Positions 26,426 to 35,259 of a DNA stretch of 35,259 bases are shown here, one piece after another. Within the stretch, counting starts at the first letter, position 1. Every line of letters starts with the position of its first letter. The DNA is from Nitrospinota bacterium (GTDB lineage: Bacteria; Nitrospinota; Nitrospinia; Nitrospinales; VA-1). The stretch covers positions 1 to 35,259 of the forward strand of contig JAYNIA010000025.1 in the NCBI GenBank assembly GCA_038108555.1, given 5' to 3'. The notes under the pieces were generated by a model. The model did no database searches, was not told the origin of the DNA, and saw nothing but the letters and a program-made list of their open reading frames with translations. A program made the position numbers and the translations under genes.

Positions 26426-28092
26426 CACTCAAACCGTTTTTAATTTTACTGAAATTGAGATGGACGGCTCTAAAAAATGGAAGCCGTAATCCCAAGAAAC
26501 GCTGGCGCTGGTCGGGGGTGCTTTTTCTGGCAGGGGTTTTTGTATATGCAGACTATTGGTTTTTTTTCAGGATCATAAAATATTTAGATGGGCTTCCTTC
26601 GGCCATAGGGGAGGAGTTGATAATCCAACTTGTAAATCTGGTGTTCATCACCTTGTTTTTCATGGTGATGTTTTCCAGCCTCATTGTTTCACTTTCTGTT
26701 TTTTATTTGTCGCGTGATTTGGAATTGCTTCATTATATGCCCATAGACTCTACCTCCCTGATTACAGTTCGGTTCGGACAATGTCTTATTCATAGTTCAT
26801 GGATGGTGTTGCTTTTTTCCTTGCCAATGTTCGTTGCTTATGGAAAATTTTTTCATGTTGCCTGGGATTTCTATGCCTATTTTCTTTTTAATATGGTGCC
26901 ATTTATTGCGATCCCGTGTCTTTTGGCGGTACTGGGAATCATGGGGCTAATGAAATATTTTCCCACCCACAAAACCCATCAAGTATTGTCACTACTGGGC
27001 CTTTTTTTTTTAGTGGGCACCATTGTGTATTTGAGATTCCTGTCTCAGGATAAATTTTTTGGTCAGGAAGTATCCGATGAAATGATCATTGCTTTTGTGG
27101 AAACCCTAAAGGCACCCGATTATCCTTTTTTGCCAAGTAGCTGGATTACGCGGTCCACCACAGGATGGATAGCAGGTGAGCGTGAGTTTCCATTTCTGAT
27201 CTGGACCACCGCTCTTTTTTTGTTTTTCATGCTCATTAAATTAAGTTCAAAAATTTATTTTCCGGGCTGGTGTTCTGTGCAGGAAGTACGTAGTGCTCCT
27301 CTTGGAAGTAAAGCTCGAGAAGAAAAAAGGAAACGTAAATTACAATGGTTTCCCTTGTCGTTAAAGTGGAAAACCCTCCTGGGAAAAGATTTCAAGGTTT
27401 TTATCAGGGACCCAGAGCAATGGTCGCAACTTTTTATTTTATGCGCACTGGTTTGTGTCTACATTTTTAATATTATGCATTTGCCCCTGGAAAATAGGGT
27501 CCTTAGGGATGTTGTTTCTGTGCTGAATGTAGGCCTCGTTGGTTTTGTTTTGGCGGCATTGATATCCCGGTTTGTATATCCCTCCCCGAGCATTGAAGGA
27601 AAAAGTTTTTGGTTGATATATACAAGGCCGGTAAGTATGGGTGAGTTTATAGCCTGTAAATTCTGGGTGTTTTTCCCATTTTTATTTTTGATTGCCGAGT
27701 TGCTGGTGGTGGCCTCCAACCTTTTACTTGATGTAGACGACTATGTTCTTTATGTTTCTGTGGTAGGGGTTTTCCTTCTTACCCTGGGGTTAACCGGACT
27801 TGGCCTGGGTTTAGGCAGCATCAATCCAAAATATGATTATGAAAATATTTCAGAGGTGTCTTCCAATGCCGGCGGCGTGATATACATGACTCTGGCTTTG
27901 GGGTATATCGGGTTGATATTGATTCTTGGAGCGAGGCCGGTTTATGTGCATTTAACCGAAAGATTTCTTTTTAAATCTATCGGGGGAATAGATGTCCCTA
28001 TTTGCTATACTTTAATCATTATATTGACGGGGATCGCAACTATTTTGCCTATAAAATACGGTATTCGTTCTTTGAAGCAAAAAGATATTTAG
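26422..28092 (+). CDS. Putative ABC-2-type exporter permease (large polytopic membrane protein)
   Basis: About 14 TMs; FYLSRDLELLHYMP, LPSSW, KDFKVFIRDPEQWSQ, SIEGKSFW; ATGA overlap with the hydrolase. Confidence 0.78.
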   Translation: MTLKPFLILLKLRWTALKNGSRNPKKRWRWSGVLFLAGVFVYADYWFFFRIIKYLDGLPSAIGEELIIQLVNLVFITLFFMVMFSSLIVSLSVFYLSRDLELLHYMPIDSTSLITVRFGQCLIHSSWMVLLFSLPMFVAYGKFFHVAWDFYAYFLFNMVPFIAIPCLLAVLGIMGLMKYFPTHKTHQVLSLLGLFFLVGTIVYLRFLSQDKFFGQEVSDEMIIAFVETLKAPDYPFLPSSWITRSTTGWIAGEREFPFLIWTTALFLFFMLIKLSSKIYFPGWCSVQEVRSAPLGSKAREEKRKRKLQWFPLSLKWKTLLGKDFKVFIRDPEQWSQLFILCALVCVYIFNIMHLPLENRVLRDVVSVLNVGLVGFVLAALISRFVYPSPSIEGKSFWLIYTRPVSMGEFIACKFWVFFPFLFLIAELLVVASNLLLDVDDYVLYVSVVGVFLLTLGLTGLGLGLGSINPKYDYENISEVSSNAGGVIYMTLALGYIGLILILGARPVYVHLTERFLFKSIGGIDVPICYTLIIILTGIATILPIKYGIRSLKQKDI

Positions 28093-28184
28093 AACCGATG
28101 AACTGCCAACAGTTCGATGCCCTTCCCATTAAAAAATTTTACTGAACCTTTTCTCAAGGTTTCACATTTTTCCCAATTTGAAAA

Positions 28185-29471
28185 ATGGAACTGTTTCCTG
28201 AATACACAACTTTAACAAAAAGCTCACCGATTCCACCTCTGGCGGCACGCATGCGTCCGAAAACGTTGGAGAACTTTTTTGGGCAGGAACATTTGATTGG
28301 AAAAGGATTGCCATTACGAGAACTGGTTGAAACCGAGTCAGGGCTTTCATTCATACTTTGGGGGCCACCGGGATCGGGAAAAACAACTTTGGCAAGGATT
28401 GCGGCAAATCAGACCAAAAGTGAGTTCCATGAAATCAGTGCGGTGAATGCTGGAGTGGCGGATATTCGGAAGGTGGTGCAGTCAGCCACCCAAATCTGGA
28501 AAGTTAAGGGAAGCAGAACCATTTTATTTTTGGATGAAATCCATCGGTTTAATAAAGCCCAACAAGATGCCGTGTTGCCCTATGTTGAAAATGGAACTAT
28601 AAGGTTAATAGGAAGCACCACTGAAAATCCTTCCTTTGAAGTAATACCCGCCCTGCGATCCCGTTGTCAGACATTCCGTCTGGAAGCTTTGGACAGGGCT
28701 TCAATTCGAAATATAATTCTAAGTGCCTTGAGTGATAAGGAAAAGGGGTTGGGTGAGTCCGAAGTTGAGCTTCAGGAAGATGCACAGGAATTGATTGTTA
28801 GCCATGCCAATGGAGATGCCCGCCGGGCTTTAAACGTTCTGGAGGCAGCCCACGATGTGGCTTTGTCAAAAAAGGAAGCAAAGATTTCACAGTCTCGTGT
28901 TGAGGGAATCATTCAGCGGGCGGCGACTCTTTACGATAAAAAGGGGACCGAGCATTACGACCATGCTTCTGCATTTCAAAAAAGTATGAGAGGTTCTGAT
29001 CCCGATGCAGCAATTTACTGGCTGGCGAAAATGATTGCAGGGGCAGAGGATCCTCGCTTTATTGTCCGCCGTTTATTGGTTACTGCAGCTGAGGACGTTG
29101 GAAATGCCGACCCGCAAGCCTTGCTAATGGCTGTCGCTGCAGCAGAGTGTGTTGACCGTTTGGGCTTGCCGGAAGCTCGTATTTCTCTGGCACAGGCCGT
29201 TATATATGTCGCCAAAGCGCCAAAAGAAAATACTGCTATATCTGCTATTGACCAGGCCCTGGGGGATATACAACAGAAAGGTCGTTCCTATCCGGTTCCG
29301 GACCACCTAAAAGACACACATTACCGCGATGCCAAAAAGGAATATGGATATGGTGTCGATTATAAGTATCCTCATGATTATCCGGGAAACTTTGTGGAAC
29401 AGGATTATTTGCCGGAAGCTTTAAAGGGTAGAAAATACGTTAAAAATCCTGAAAAAGATAAAAAAGAGTGA
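28185..29471 (+). CDS. rarA: Replication-associated recombination protein A
   Basis: PLAARMRP, WGPPGSGKTT, LDEIHRFNKAQQD, TTENPSF, KSMRGSDPDA, EDVGNADP, YKYPHD. Confidence 0.96.
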   Translation: MELFPEYTTLTKSSPIPPLAARMRPKTLENFFGQEHLIGKGLPLRELVETESGLSFILWGPPGSGKTTLARIAANQTKSEFHEISAVNAGVADIRKVVQSATQIWKVKGSRTILFLDEIHRFNKAQQDAVLPYVENGTIRLIGSTTENPSFEVIPALRSRCQTFRLEALDRASIRNIILSALSDKEKGLGESEVELQEDAQELIVSHANGDARRALNVLEAAHDVALSKKEAKISQSRVEGIIQRAATLYDKKGTEHYDHASAFQKSMRGSDPDAAIYWLAKMIAGAEDPRFIVRRLLVTAAEDVGNADPQALLMAVAAAECVDRLGLPEARISLAQAVIYVAKAPKENTAISAIDQALGDIQQKGRSYPVPDHLKDTHYRDAKKEYGYGVDYKYPHDYPGNFVEQDYLPEALKGRKYVKNPEKDKKE

Positions 29472-29548
29472 CCCGGTTGCCGATCTATTACATTTCATGT
29501 TATAGAATTCAGCCAACCTTAAAACTGGAAATTAAATAAGGAATTTGT

Positions 29549-29998
29549 ATGTCGGTAAGATTTGAAAACGTTGAAATGATATTTGAGGGTCGGTTGCGGG
29601 GAAATCAGTTGATGTTGAGTGGTAAAGACCTTTCGGCAGAAGAAGCCCGGTTACTTTGGGCTTCCCCGAGAATGAAAGAAGTCAGTTGGCTTGATTTAGA
29701 CGAAAATGCTTTGGGGGATGAAGGGGTTCAGGATCTGGTCAATTGCACCCTTCTTGAAAATATACAGTATTTGAATTTAAACAAAAATGGCATCAGTGAT
29801 CGAGGTTTGGAGATTTTGGCCAAGGCTAAATTCCTCGGAAGTTTGAAACGTCTACATTTAAAGGGAAACCCAATTGAAGGTCAGGGTGTTGTTGCATTGT
29901 TTAATTCTGAAACATTAGAAAGCCTGTCGACGTTTCAAATTAATGACGGTTGGACCTGTAAAAAAAGGGAGGGATGGCGGTACAAGCCGCAAGCTTAA
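29549..29998 (+). CDS. Small leucine-rich-repeat protein
   Basis: Three clear 27-aa LxLxxN repeats (LDLDEN, LNLNKN, LHLKGN). Confidence 0.85.
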   Translation: MSVRFENVEMIFEGRLRGNQLMLSGKDLSAEEARLLWASPRMKEVSWLDLDENALGDEGVQDLVNCTLLENIQYLNLNKNGISDRGLEILAKAKFLGSLKRLHLKGNPIEGQGVVALFNSETLESLSTFQINDGWTCKKREGWRYKPQA

Positions 29999-30001
29999 AG
30001 T

Positions 30002-31240
30002 ATGGCTTTATCTTCCTTACATATCCAAATAACAGCACATGACAGGCCGGGTATCCTTGCCGAAACGCTTGCCTTTATCGTGGATGGGGGGTGGAGTGTT
30101 GTAGATATCAAGCAATTTGTTTTCAACGGAATGCTCAATCTCTCAATATTGCTTGATGAAGACGATGAAAAATTAATCTCTCCCTTAAGAGAAGCTTTGG
30201 CAGGGTATGCCGAGCAAAGAAACTTTAAGGTTGCCATTTATCCCTGGAAACAGGATGCCCAGGCCGAAAACCCTTACCCCTTTAGATCAGTTGTGACTCT
30301 TCTTTGTGAGTCCTTTCCCACCTCTGCATTTTTAGAAATCACAAAAACCTTTGCGGATCTTGACATTAATATTTTGCGAATCGAGCAACTGGATTCGGGA
30401 GATATCCATGTTTTGGAGTTTGTGATCGGAACCCGTGAAGCCCATTCCGCTGAAGATGTTTTAAATGCCCTTGTTCGATTCAAAGAAAACTACCGGGTCG
30501 ATATTGCTGTCCAGGAAGAAACCTATTTTAGACGTAACAAGAGGTTGATTGTTTTTGATGCGGATATGACTTTCCTGCAATGCGAGGTTATTGATGAGTT
30601 GGGTAAACTGGCGGGGCAAGGAGAAAAAATGTCCGGCATCACCCAAAAGGCTATGAGCGGCGAAATAGATTTTAAATCTGCCTTAAGAGAACGGGTAGGG
30701 ATTTTGAAGGGGTTACCCGTGAAAGTTTTGGAGGAGCTGGCAGAAAAACTGCCTTTAACCTCCGGTGCGGAAAACCTGGTGAAGATTTTAAAACATTTAG
30801 GGTACAAAATTGCTTTGGTAAGTGGCGGATTCGATTTCTTCATCGATAAATTATGTCAATGCTATGGATTGGACTACGGCATTGCCAACCAGTTAAAAAT
30901 AGCCGATGGTGTGGTTACCGGTGAGTTGGAGGGTGAAATCATTGATGCACAGGCAAAAGAAAATGCTTTGGTTGCTTTAGCTGAAAGAGAAGGATTCTCA
31001 TTAAGGCAGGTGGTTGCAGTAGGTGATGGAGCCAATGATATAAAAATGCTGGCCAAAGCAGGTTTGGGGATTGCGTTTAATGCCAAACCGATTGTTCAAC
31101 GGCAAGCACAGGCCAGCATTAACCTGCATGATTTGAAACTGATTCTATATTTTTTGGGTATCAATGGAGAAGACCTTCAGGAATTGAGTCAGGTGGTAGG
31201 GAAGGGGACCACACTCACCTGGCCTCCGAAAAAAGAGTAG
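30002..31240 (+). CDS. serB: Phosphoserine phosphatase with two ACT domains
   Basis: HDRPGI ACT domain, VFDADMT, EVIDEL, LRERV, VSGGF, VGDGAND, AKP. Confidence 0.94.
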   Translation: MALSSLHIQITAHDRPGILAETLAFIVDGGWSVVDIKQFVFNGMLNLSILLDEDDEKLISPLREALAGYAEQRNFKVAIYPWKQDAQAENPYPFRSVVTLLCESFPTSAFLEITKTFADLDINILRIEQLDSGDIHVLEFVIGTREAHSAEDVLNALVRFKENYRVDIAVQEETYFRRNKRLIVFDADMTFLQCEVIDELGKLAGQGEKMSGITQKAMSGEIDFKSALRERVGILKGLPVKVLEELAEKLPLTSGAENLVKILKHLGYKIALVSGGFDFFIDKLCQCYGLDYGIANQLKIADGVVTGELEGEIIDAQAKENALVALAEREGFSLRQVVAVGDGANDIKMLAKAGLGIAFNAKPIVQRQAQASINLHDLKLILYFLGINGEDLQELSQVVGKGTTLTWPPKKE

Positions 31241-31256
31241 GGAATTAGTTTTAAGA

Positions 31257-31640
31257 TTATTTGTTCTGCACCAAATCCTTAATCGATAATATCCCGACGA
31301 TTTCTTCGTTCTCGGTAATTGCCAGATGATTGATTTTATACTCAAGCATCAAATCTCCTGCGGCTGAACTTGAAGCGGTTTTCTCTATCGATAAAATGGA
31401 TTCTGTCATGATTGAAGAGAGAGGGGTTTCGTTCGGATTCAATCCTTCCCCCACAACATTGTATACAAGGTCCCTTTCAGAAACGATTCCTACATAGCCG
31501 TCATATCCTTTGATCAACAGCGACCCAATTTTCTTTTCCTTCATTAATTGAGCGGCTTCCATGGCCGTGGCTTCCGAATAAATGCTGATCACCGGCGTGG
31601 TCATTTGGGATTCAATAGAATTCATCATATGAGCCCTCAT
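31257..31640 (-). CDS. Stand-alone CBS-pair protein
   Basis: MTTPVISI...IGSLLI...VGIVSERD and IMT...INHLAI...VGILSIKD. Confidence 0.9.
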   Translation of the reverse strand: MRAHMMNSIESQMTTPVISIYSEATAMEAAQLMKEKKIGSLLIKGYDGYVGIVSERDLVYNVVGEGLNPNETPLSSIMTESILSIEKTASSSAAGDLMLEYKINHLAITENEEIVGILSIKDLVQNK

Positions 31641-31741
31641 TAAAATTTTGTTCGATTAATTAGAATTGTAATTTAATTTTCATTAGGTGTAAATAAAAAT
31701 ATGGAAGGCTATTATTTTTAAGGCTTTAGCTGCAGATAAAT

Positions 31742-32281
31742 TTAACTTAAAAGTACCATCCCTATGGTATGGGAAGCTGAGCAGGGCTCAAGCTGGGCAA
31801 GGTCGGTCCATCCATTTTTATCGACTGTGGTTTTGACATCGATTCCGCAAGCCCGAAGGGTGGGGCGGGCTTTTTCCGGATGCTGACAATGGGTGGAAAC
31901 AGTACAAGGGTCACAAAGGTCACAAGGCTGCGCGCCTAATGCAAAGGCTTTATAATAACCTTTTTTCTTAAAACTATTTTCCAAACTAACTACAATTTCT
32001 TGAACATTTGCCTCTGGCCCCGCATTGATAAGAAGCGCCTTTTCATATTCCTCTAAAATTTCAGCCATTTCTTCTGAGTCGGGGGAGCAAGGGGGACAAG
32101 TAAGCAGCTTGCCATAATTTGAACAACCGTACTGGCAATGAAGCTTAACCCAGTGAGCCATGGAGATGGTCTGGGTCAGCACCACCTTGGCTTTCGTGCA
32201 GCCCAAATCCAAAGCTTCTTGAATAAGCTCCTGGTTTGACCGAATACTCTTCGGAATCATTTTTACATTATCAGGGATCAT
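31742..32281 (-). CDS. Cys-rich predicted metal-binding protein (DUF2284-like)
   Basis: CQYGCSNYG, TCPP, PCDLCDPC, CQHPEKARP, ACGIDV. Confidence 0.85.
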   Translation of the reverse strand: MIPDNVKMIPKSIRSNQELIQEALDLGCTKAKVVLTQTISMAHWVKLHCQYGCSNYGKLLTCPPCSPDSEEMAEILEEYEKALLINAGPEANVQEIVVSLENSFKKKGYYKAFALGAQPCDLCDPCTVSTHCQHPEKARPTLRACGIDVKTTVDKNGWTDLAQLEPCSASHTIGMVLLS

Positions 32282-32530
32282 AGGGCTAACTGGCTTTCGT
32301 GGGTTTCAGCTTAATAACTGATTGTGTTAGTATTATTATGTTAGCTAGTTAGCAGGTCAAGCCAAGATTCGATATTGCACCATTTGTTTTGTTCAGGGCT
32401 TGATTCCCACCTTGGATCGATTTCCAGGAAACGAGGTTCCCTATTGATTTATATATGGTTATACCATTTTATTCTTCTTTATGCATCCCCCAAACCCTAC
32501 CTTTAAATTTACAGCAACTACCGGTGACAA

Positions 32531-33259
32531 ATGAAATTTCCCTTTAAAGGAATTGGCTTTGACTGGGCCTATACTCTGATCGATTTAGGCAAGGAGGATG
32601 ATGTCAAACCCATGCAAAAAGTGCATGAATTTCTGAAAAACCAGAACCTGTCGCTTCCCGGTCTCGATGAGCTTCTCACACAGTCTAGAAAAATATTCCG
32701 TCCTATGATTGAAGACTCACGTAAAACAAATCAGGAGGCTCGATTCGAAATTGTATTAGAAAAACTAATGCGCCACTTTGACATCCCTTTAAATGGAGAT
32801 GTTTCTCTGAATAAATTATTAGAGATTTATTATTTGGAAGTTTATTCAGAAAGACAGGTGTATCCCGAGGTGATTTCTGTTTTGGAGTCATTAAAAAATA
32901 TGGGAGTTCGAATGGGTGTGGTTTCCAACACAACCAATCCGGGTTTTATGAAAAGAAATGAAATGCAGGCAGTGGGACTAAATCCTTTTTTCGAGTTTGC
33001 AATTTATTCCTCCGAAACTTCTTACCGAAAACCCCATCCTTCCATTTTCAACCTGGCTATAGAAAATTTGGAATTAAATCCGGAAGAAATTCTTTTTGTA
33101 GGGGATAACCCTCAATTGGATATTATCGGTGCACAAAACTCAGGAATGAAAAGTGCCTGGATAAACCGGAAAAAAAATCCTAACCCAATAAAAGAAGGGC
33201 CTGACTACGAACTTCATTCGTTGGAAGATCTACTGCAAATAGGCTCCTCCAATCAATAA
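32531..33259 (+). CDS. HAD-superfamily hydrolase, subfamily IA
   Basis: FDWAYTL, VVSN, RKPHPSIF, FVGDNPQLDIIGA. Confidence 0.9.
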   Translation: MKFPFKGIGFDWAYTLIDLGKEDDVKPMQKVHEFLKNQNLSLPGLDELLTQSRKIFRPMIEDSRKTNQEARFEIVLEKLMRHFDIPLNGDVSLNKLLEIYYLEVYSERQVYPEVISVLESLKNMGVRMGVVSNTTNPGFMKRNEMQAVGLNPFFEFAIYSSETSYRKPHPSIFNLAIENLELNPEEILFVGDNPQLDIIGAQNSGMKSAWINRKKNPNPIKEGPDYELHSLEDLLQIGSSNQ

Positions 33260-33991
33260 ATGCATCGTTTTTTTGTAGAAAAAGAAAACATAGAAAAAGA
33301 TTTAGTCGTTCTCCATGGGCAAGATGTCAGCCACATTCGCACGGTTCTTCGTTTGACTCGGGGGGATAAAATAGAGGTGCTGGATGGAGAGGGTAGGCTT
33401 TATCTGGTGAGCCTTGTTGATTTGAAAGGCAAATCGGTCAAGGGTGAAATACTTTCTTCACAAAAAATTGATACGGAGTCCCCATTAAAGATTCACCTGG
33501 GGCAATCCTTGATCAAAGGAAACGGTTTTGATGTGGTGATAAGAAAAGCTGTGGAGTTGGGAGTGGCTTATGTGAGTCCTTTGATCACAGACCGTACAGT
33601 GGCAAAGAGCGACAATTTGAAGAAGCTGGTTCGATGGAAAAAAATTGCCGAGGAAAGTTCCAAACAATGTGGGCGTAGTACCCTCCCGGTTATTTCGGAG
33701 GAGTTTAGTAATCTGGAAAAATTTTGTCAGCAGACAAATAATTCCGATTTGAAATTGATTTTTTGGGAAGAGGAGAAAGGGACCGGTTTGAGTGATATCA
33801 AGCCTGAAAAGACTCCAGGTTCTGCAAGTGTTTTGATCGGTCCGGAAGGAGGTTTTACCCGGGAAGAAGTAGAGACCGCTCGCGATTTTGGATTCCAATC
33901 CATTGGCTTGGGCCCAAGAATATTGCGGGCTGAAACGGCGCCTTTGGTGGTTTTATCCCTGTTGCAAGCTGCATGGGGAGATCTTAATTAA
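33260..33991 (+). CDS. rsmE: 16S rRNA m3U1498 methyltransferase
   Basis: MHRFF, HIRTVLR, KAVELGV, QCGR, IGPEGGF, LGPRILRAETA. Confidence 0.97.
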   Translation: MHRFFVEKENIEKDLVVLHGQDVSHIRTVLRLTRGDKIEVLDGEGRLYLVSLVDLKGKSVKGEILSSQKIDTESPLKIHLGQSLIKGNGFDVVIRKAVELGVAYVSPLITDRTVAKSDNLKKLVRWKKIAEESSKQCGRSTLPVISEEFSNLEKFCQQTNNSDLKLIFWEEEKGTGLSDIKPEKTPGSASVLIGPEGGFTREEVETARDFGFQSIGLGPRILRAETAPLVVLSLLQAAWGDLN

Positions 33992-34075
33992 ATTTTTTCC
34001 TCTGTTGAATTTAAGTGTTTTAAAAAACAATCCATCCTATAATGCAGCGAATTTTATGACCCGCAGGAAATATAA

Positions 34076-34858
34076 ATGACCTATAAATGCAAACTTAAAA
34101 TTTTTGAAGGCCCGCTGGACCTGTTGCTCCATCTGATTAAAGAACAAAAGATGGATATTTACGACATCCCCATAGCAGAGATTACCCAGCAGTATATGCA
34201 GTATCTTGAAATGATGCAGGAGATGAACCTGGAACTGGTGGGTGAATATCTGGTCATGGCAGCAGAGTTGACACGGATCAAATCAAAAACTCTGTTGCCG
34301 GCCCCTGAAGTAGAGGAAGAAGGGGACTTGGGGGCGGGGGAAGATCCTCGTGCTGAGTTGATGCGTAGACTTAGGGAGTATCAGCGATATCGAGATGCTG
34401 CATTTGAGTTGCGTATGAAAGAGCATGACCGGCAGCAGGTATTTTCAAGAGGCGGGGAGATAGAAATAGAAGAGAGTGCTGAAGACAATGAGCTGGTAGA
34501 TGCCACAGTATTTGACCTTTTCAAAGCCTACCAGAAAATTCTAGACACAAAGACTTTTGAAAAAGATTATGAAATTGAAATTACTGAAATGTCGGTCACC
34601 GATCGAATGCAGTATATTCTCGATATACTGAATTCTGCCGACAGCGTTACCTTTGAATCTTTTTTTACGGTTTTAAACAGCAAGCAGGAAGTCATCGTAA
34701 CTTTCCTGGCTATTCTGGAGTTGATGCGACTGAAATTATTACGTGTACAACAGACCCAGCATTTCGAGACTATCCGTATTTATAAATCTGCTGATCAAAA
34801 AACTCAGGATGAAATTCTGCAGGAATACCATCGTACACTGGATGCAGAAACCCCCTGA
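34076..34858 (+). CDS. scpA: Segregation and condensation protein A (kleisin)
   Basis: FEGPLDLLLHLI, DIYDIPI, EYLVMAA, IKSKTLLP, EDPR, VTFLAILEL. Confidence 0.96.
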   Translation: MTYKCKLKIFEGPLDLLLHLIKEQKMDIYDIPIAEITQQYMQYLEMMQEMNLELVGEYLVMAAELTRIKSKTLLPAPEVEEEGDLGAGEDPRAELMRRLREYQRYRDAAFELRMKEHDRQQVFSRGGEIEIEESAEDNELVDATVFDLFKAYQKILDTKTFEKDYEIEITEMSVTDRMQYILDILNSADSVTFESFFTVLNSKQEVIVTFLAILELMRLKLLRVQQTQHFETIRIYKSADQKTQDEILQEYHRTLDAETP

Positions 34859-34861
34859 CCT

Positions 34862-35259
34862 TTAGCTGTCGGGCCAAATAAGTTTGGCGATTTCCTCCGG
34901 TGGAAGGGCTTTGCTGCATAGATACCCTTGGAATTGATCGCACTCCAGGCTTTCCAGAAAATTGCGTTGTTCTTCTTTCTCTACACCCTCAGCAATCGTC
35001 CTAAAACCCATTCCTTTTGAAATGGTGATAATTCCTCGAAGGATCGCTATGTTGTTTTTGTCCGTGCAATCACGAACAAAAGACTGATCAATTTTCAAAG
35101 TATCTATTGGAAGTTTTTTAAGGTATCCCAGAGAAGTGTAGCCGGAGCCAAAATCATCAATCGAAACTTGCAATCCAAAATCCCTGAAACTCCTAAGGAT
35201 GTCAATAGCTTTATCAATATTGGACATGACAGCTGTTTCAGTGACTTCTATTTCCAGAT
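34862..35259 (-). CDS. EAL-domain c-di-GMP phosphodiesterase (C-terminal part; 5' end outside window)
   Basis: Frame open to the right edge (LEIEVTETAVM), DDFGSGYTSL, LKIDQSFV, IAEGVE, QGYL. Confidence 0.93.
   Translation of the reverse strand, partial: LEIEVTETAVMSNIDKAIDILRSFRDFGLQVSIDDFGSGYTSLGYLKKLPIDTLKIDQSFVRDCTDKNNIAILRGIITISKGMGFRTIAEGVEKEEQRNFLESLECDQFQGYLCSKALPPEEIAKLIWPDS

Noticed and set aside
30553..30575. SerB motif DADMT as an inactive variant
   Set aside because: Both aspartates and all other HAD motifs are retained.
1..35259. CRISPR array, tRNA/rRNA, IS or prophage, defence system, selenoprotein read-through
   Set aside because: I saw no spaced repeats, RNA-gene signatures, transposase or integrase motifs, or in-frame UGA at redox sites by eye. 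The LOG and MoxR genes lack associated effector domains. Covariance-model searches were not run.

Overview
Bacterial chromosomal window, moderately AT-rich by eye and densely coding. I saw no rRNA, tRNA, CRISPR array or mobile element. Gene content suggests a Gram-negative organism, possibly Nitrospinota-like, but that is inference only. In order, it contains: (1) a secreted cupredoxin-like gene running off the left edge, absent from the ORF track; (2) a ~12.7 kb co-oriented block of redoxin, SPOR protein, GT4, methyltransferase, AsnB-type amidotransferase, Wzx-like flippase, GT2, a probable beta-barrel and a LolCDE/LolA-like ABC module; (3) a 60-aa basic protein with its own promoter that resembles ribosome-rescue factor ArfA; (4) a minus-strand udg-moxR-DUF58-LOG operon; (5) a likely metal-handling operon led by a secreted His-rich ORF ending in HPP, followed by a Cys/Met-rich barrel, a c-type cytochrome lipoprotein, a TlpA-like protein and a periplasmic protein; (6) housekeeping genes (argS, rarA, serB, rsmE, scpA) interspersed with a TPR-cupredoxin fusion, a YheT-like hydrolase, an orphan permease, LRR, CBS, DUF2284-like and HAD proteins, and a partial EAL gene. 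The best candidates for undescribed systems are the HPP leader whose stop-codon region can base-pair with the downstream start codon, the ArfA-like small protein with an SsrA-like C-terminus, and two amicyanin-loop paralogues differing at the axial ligand (Met vs Leu).
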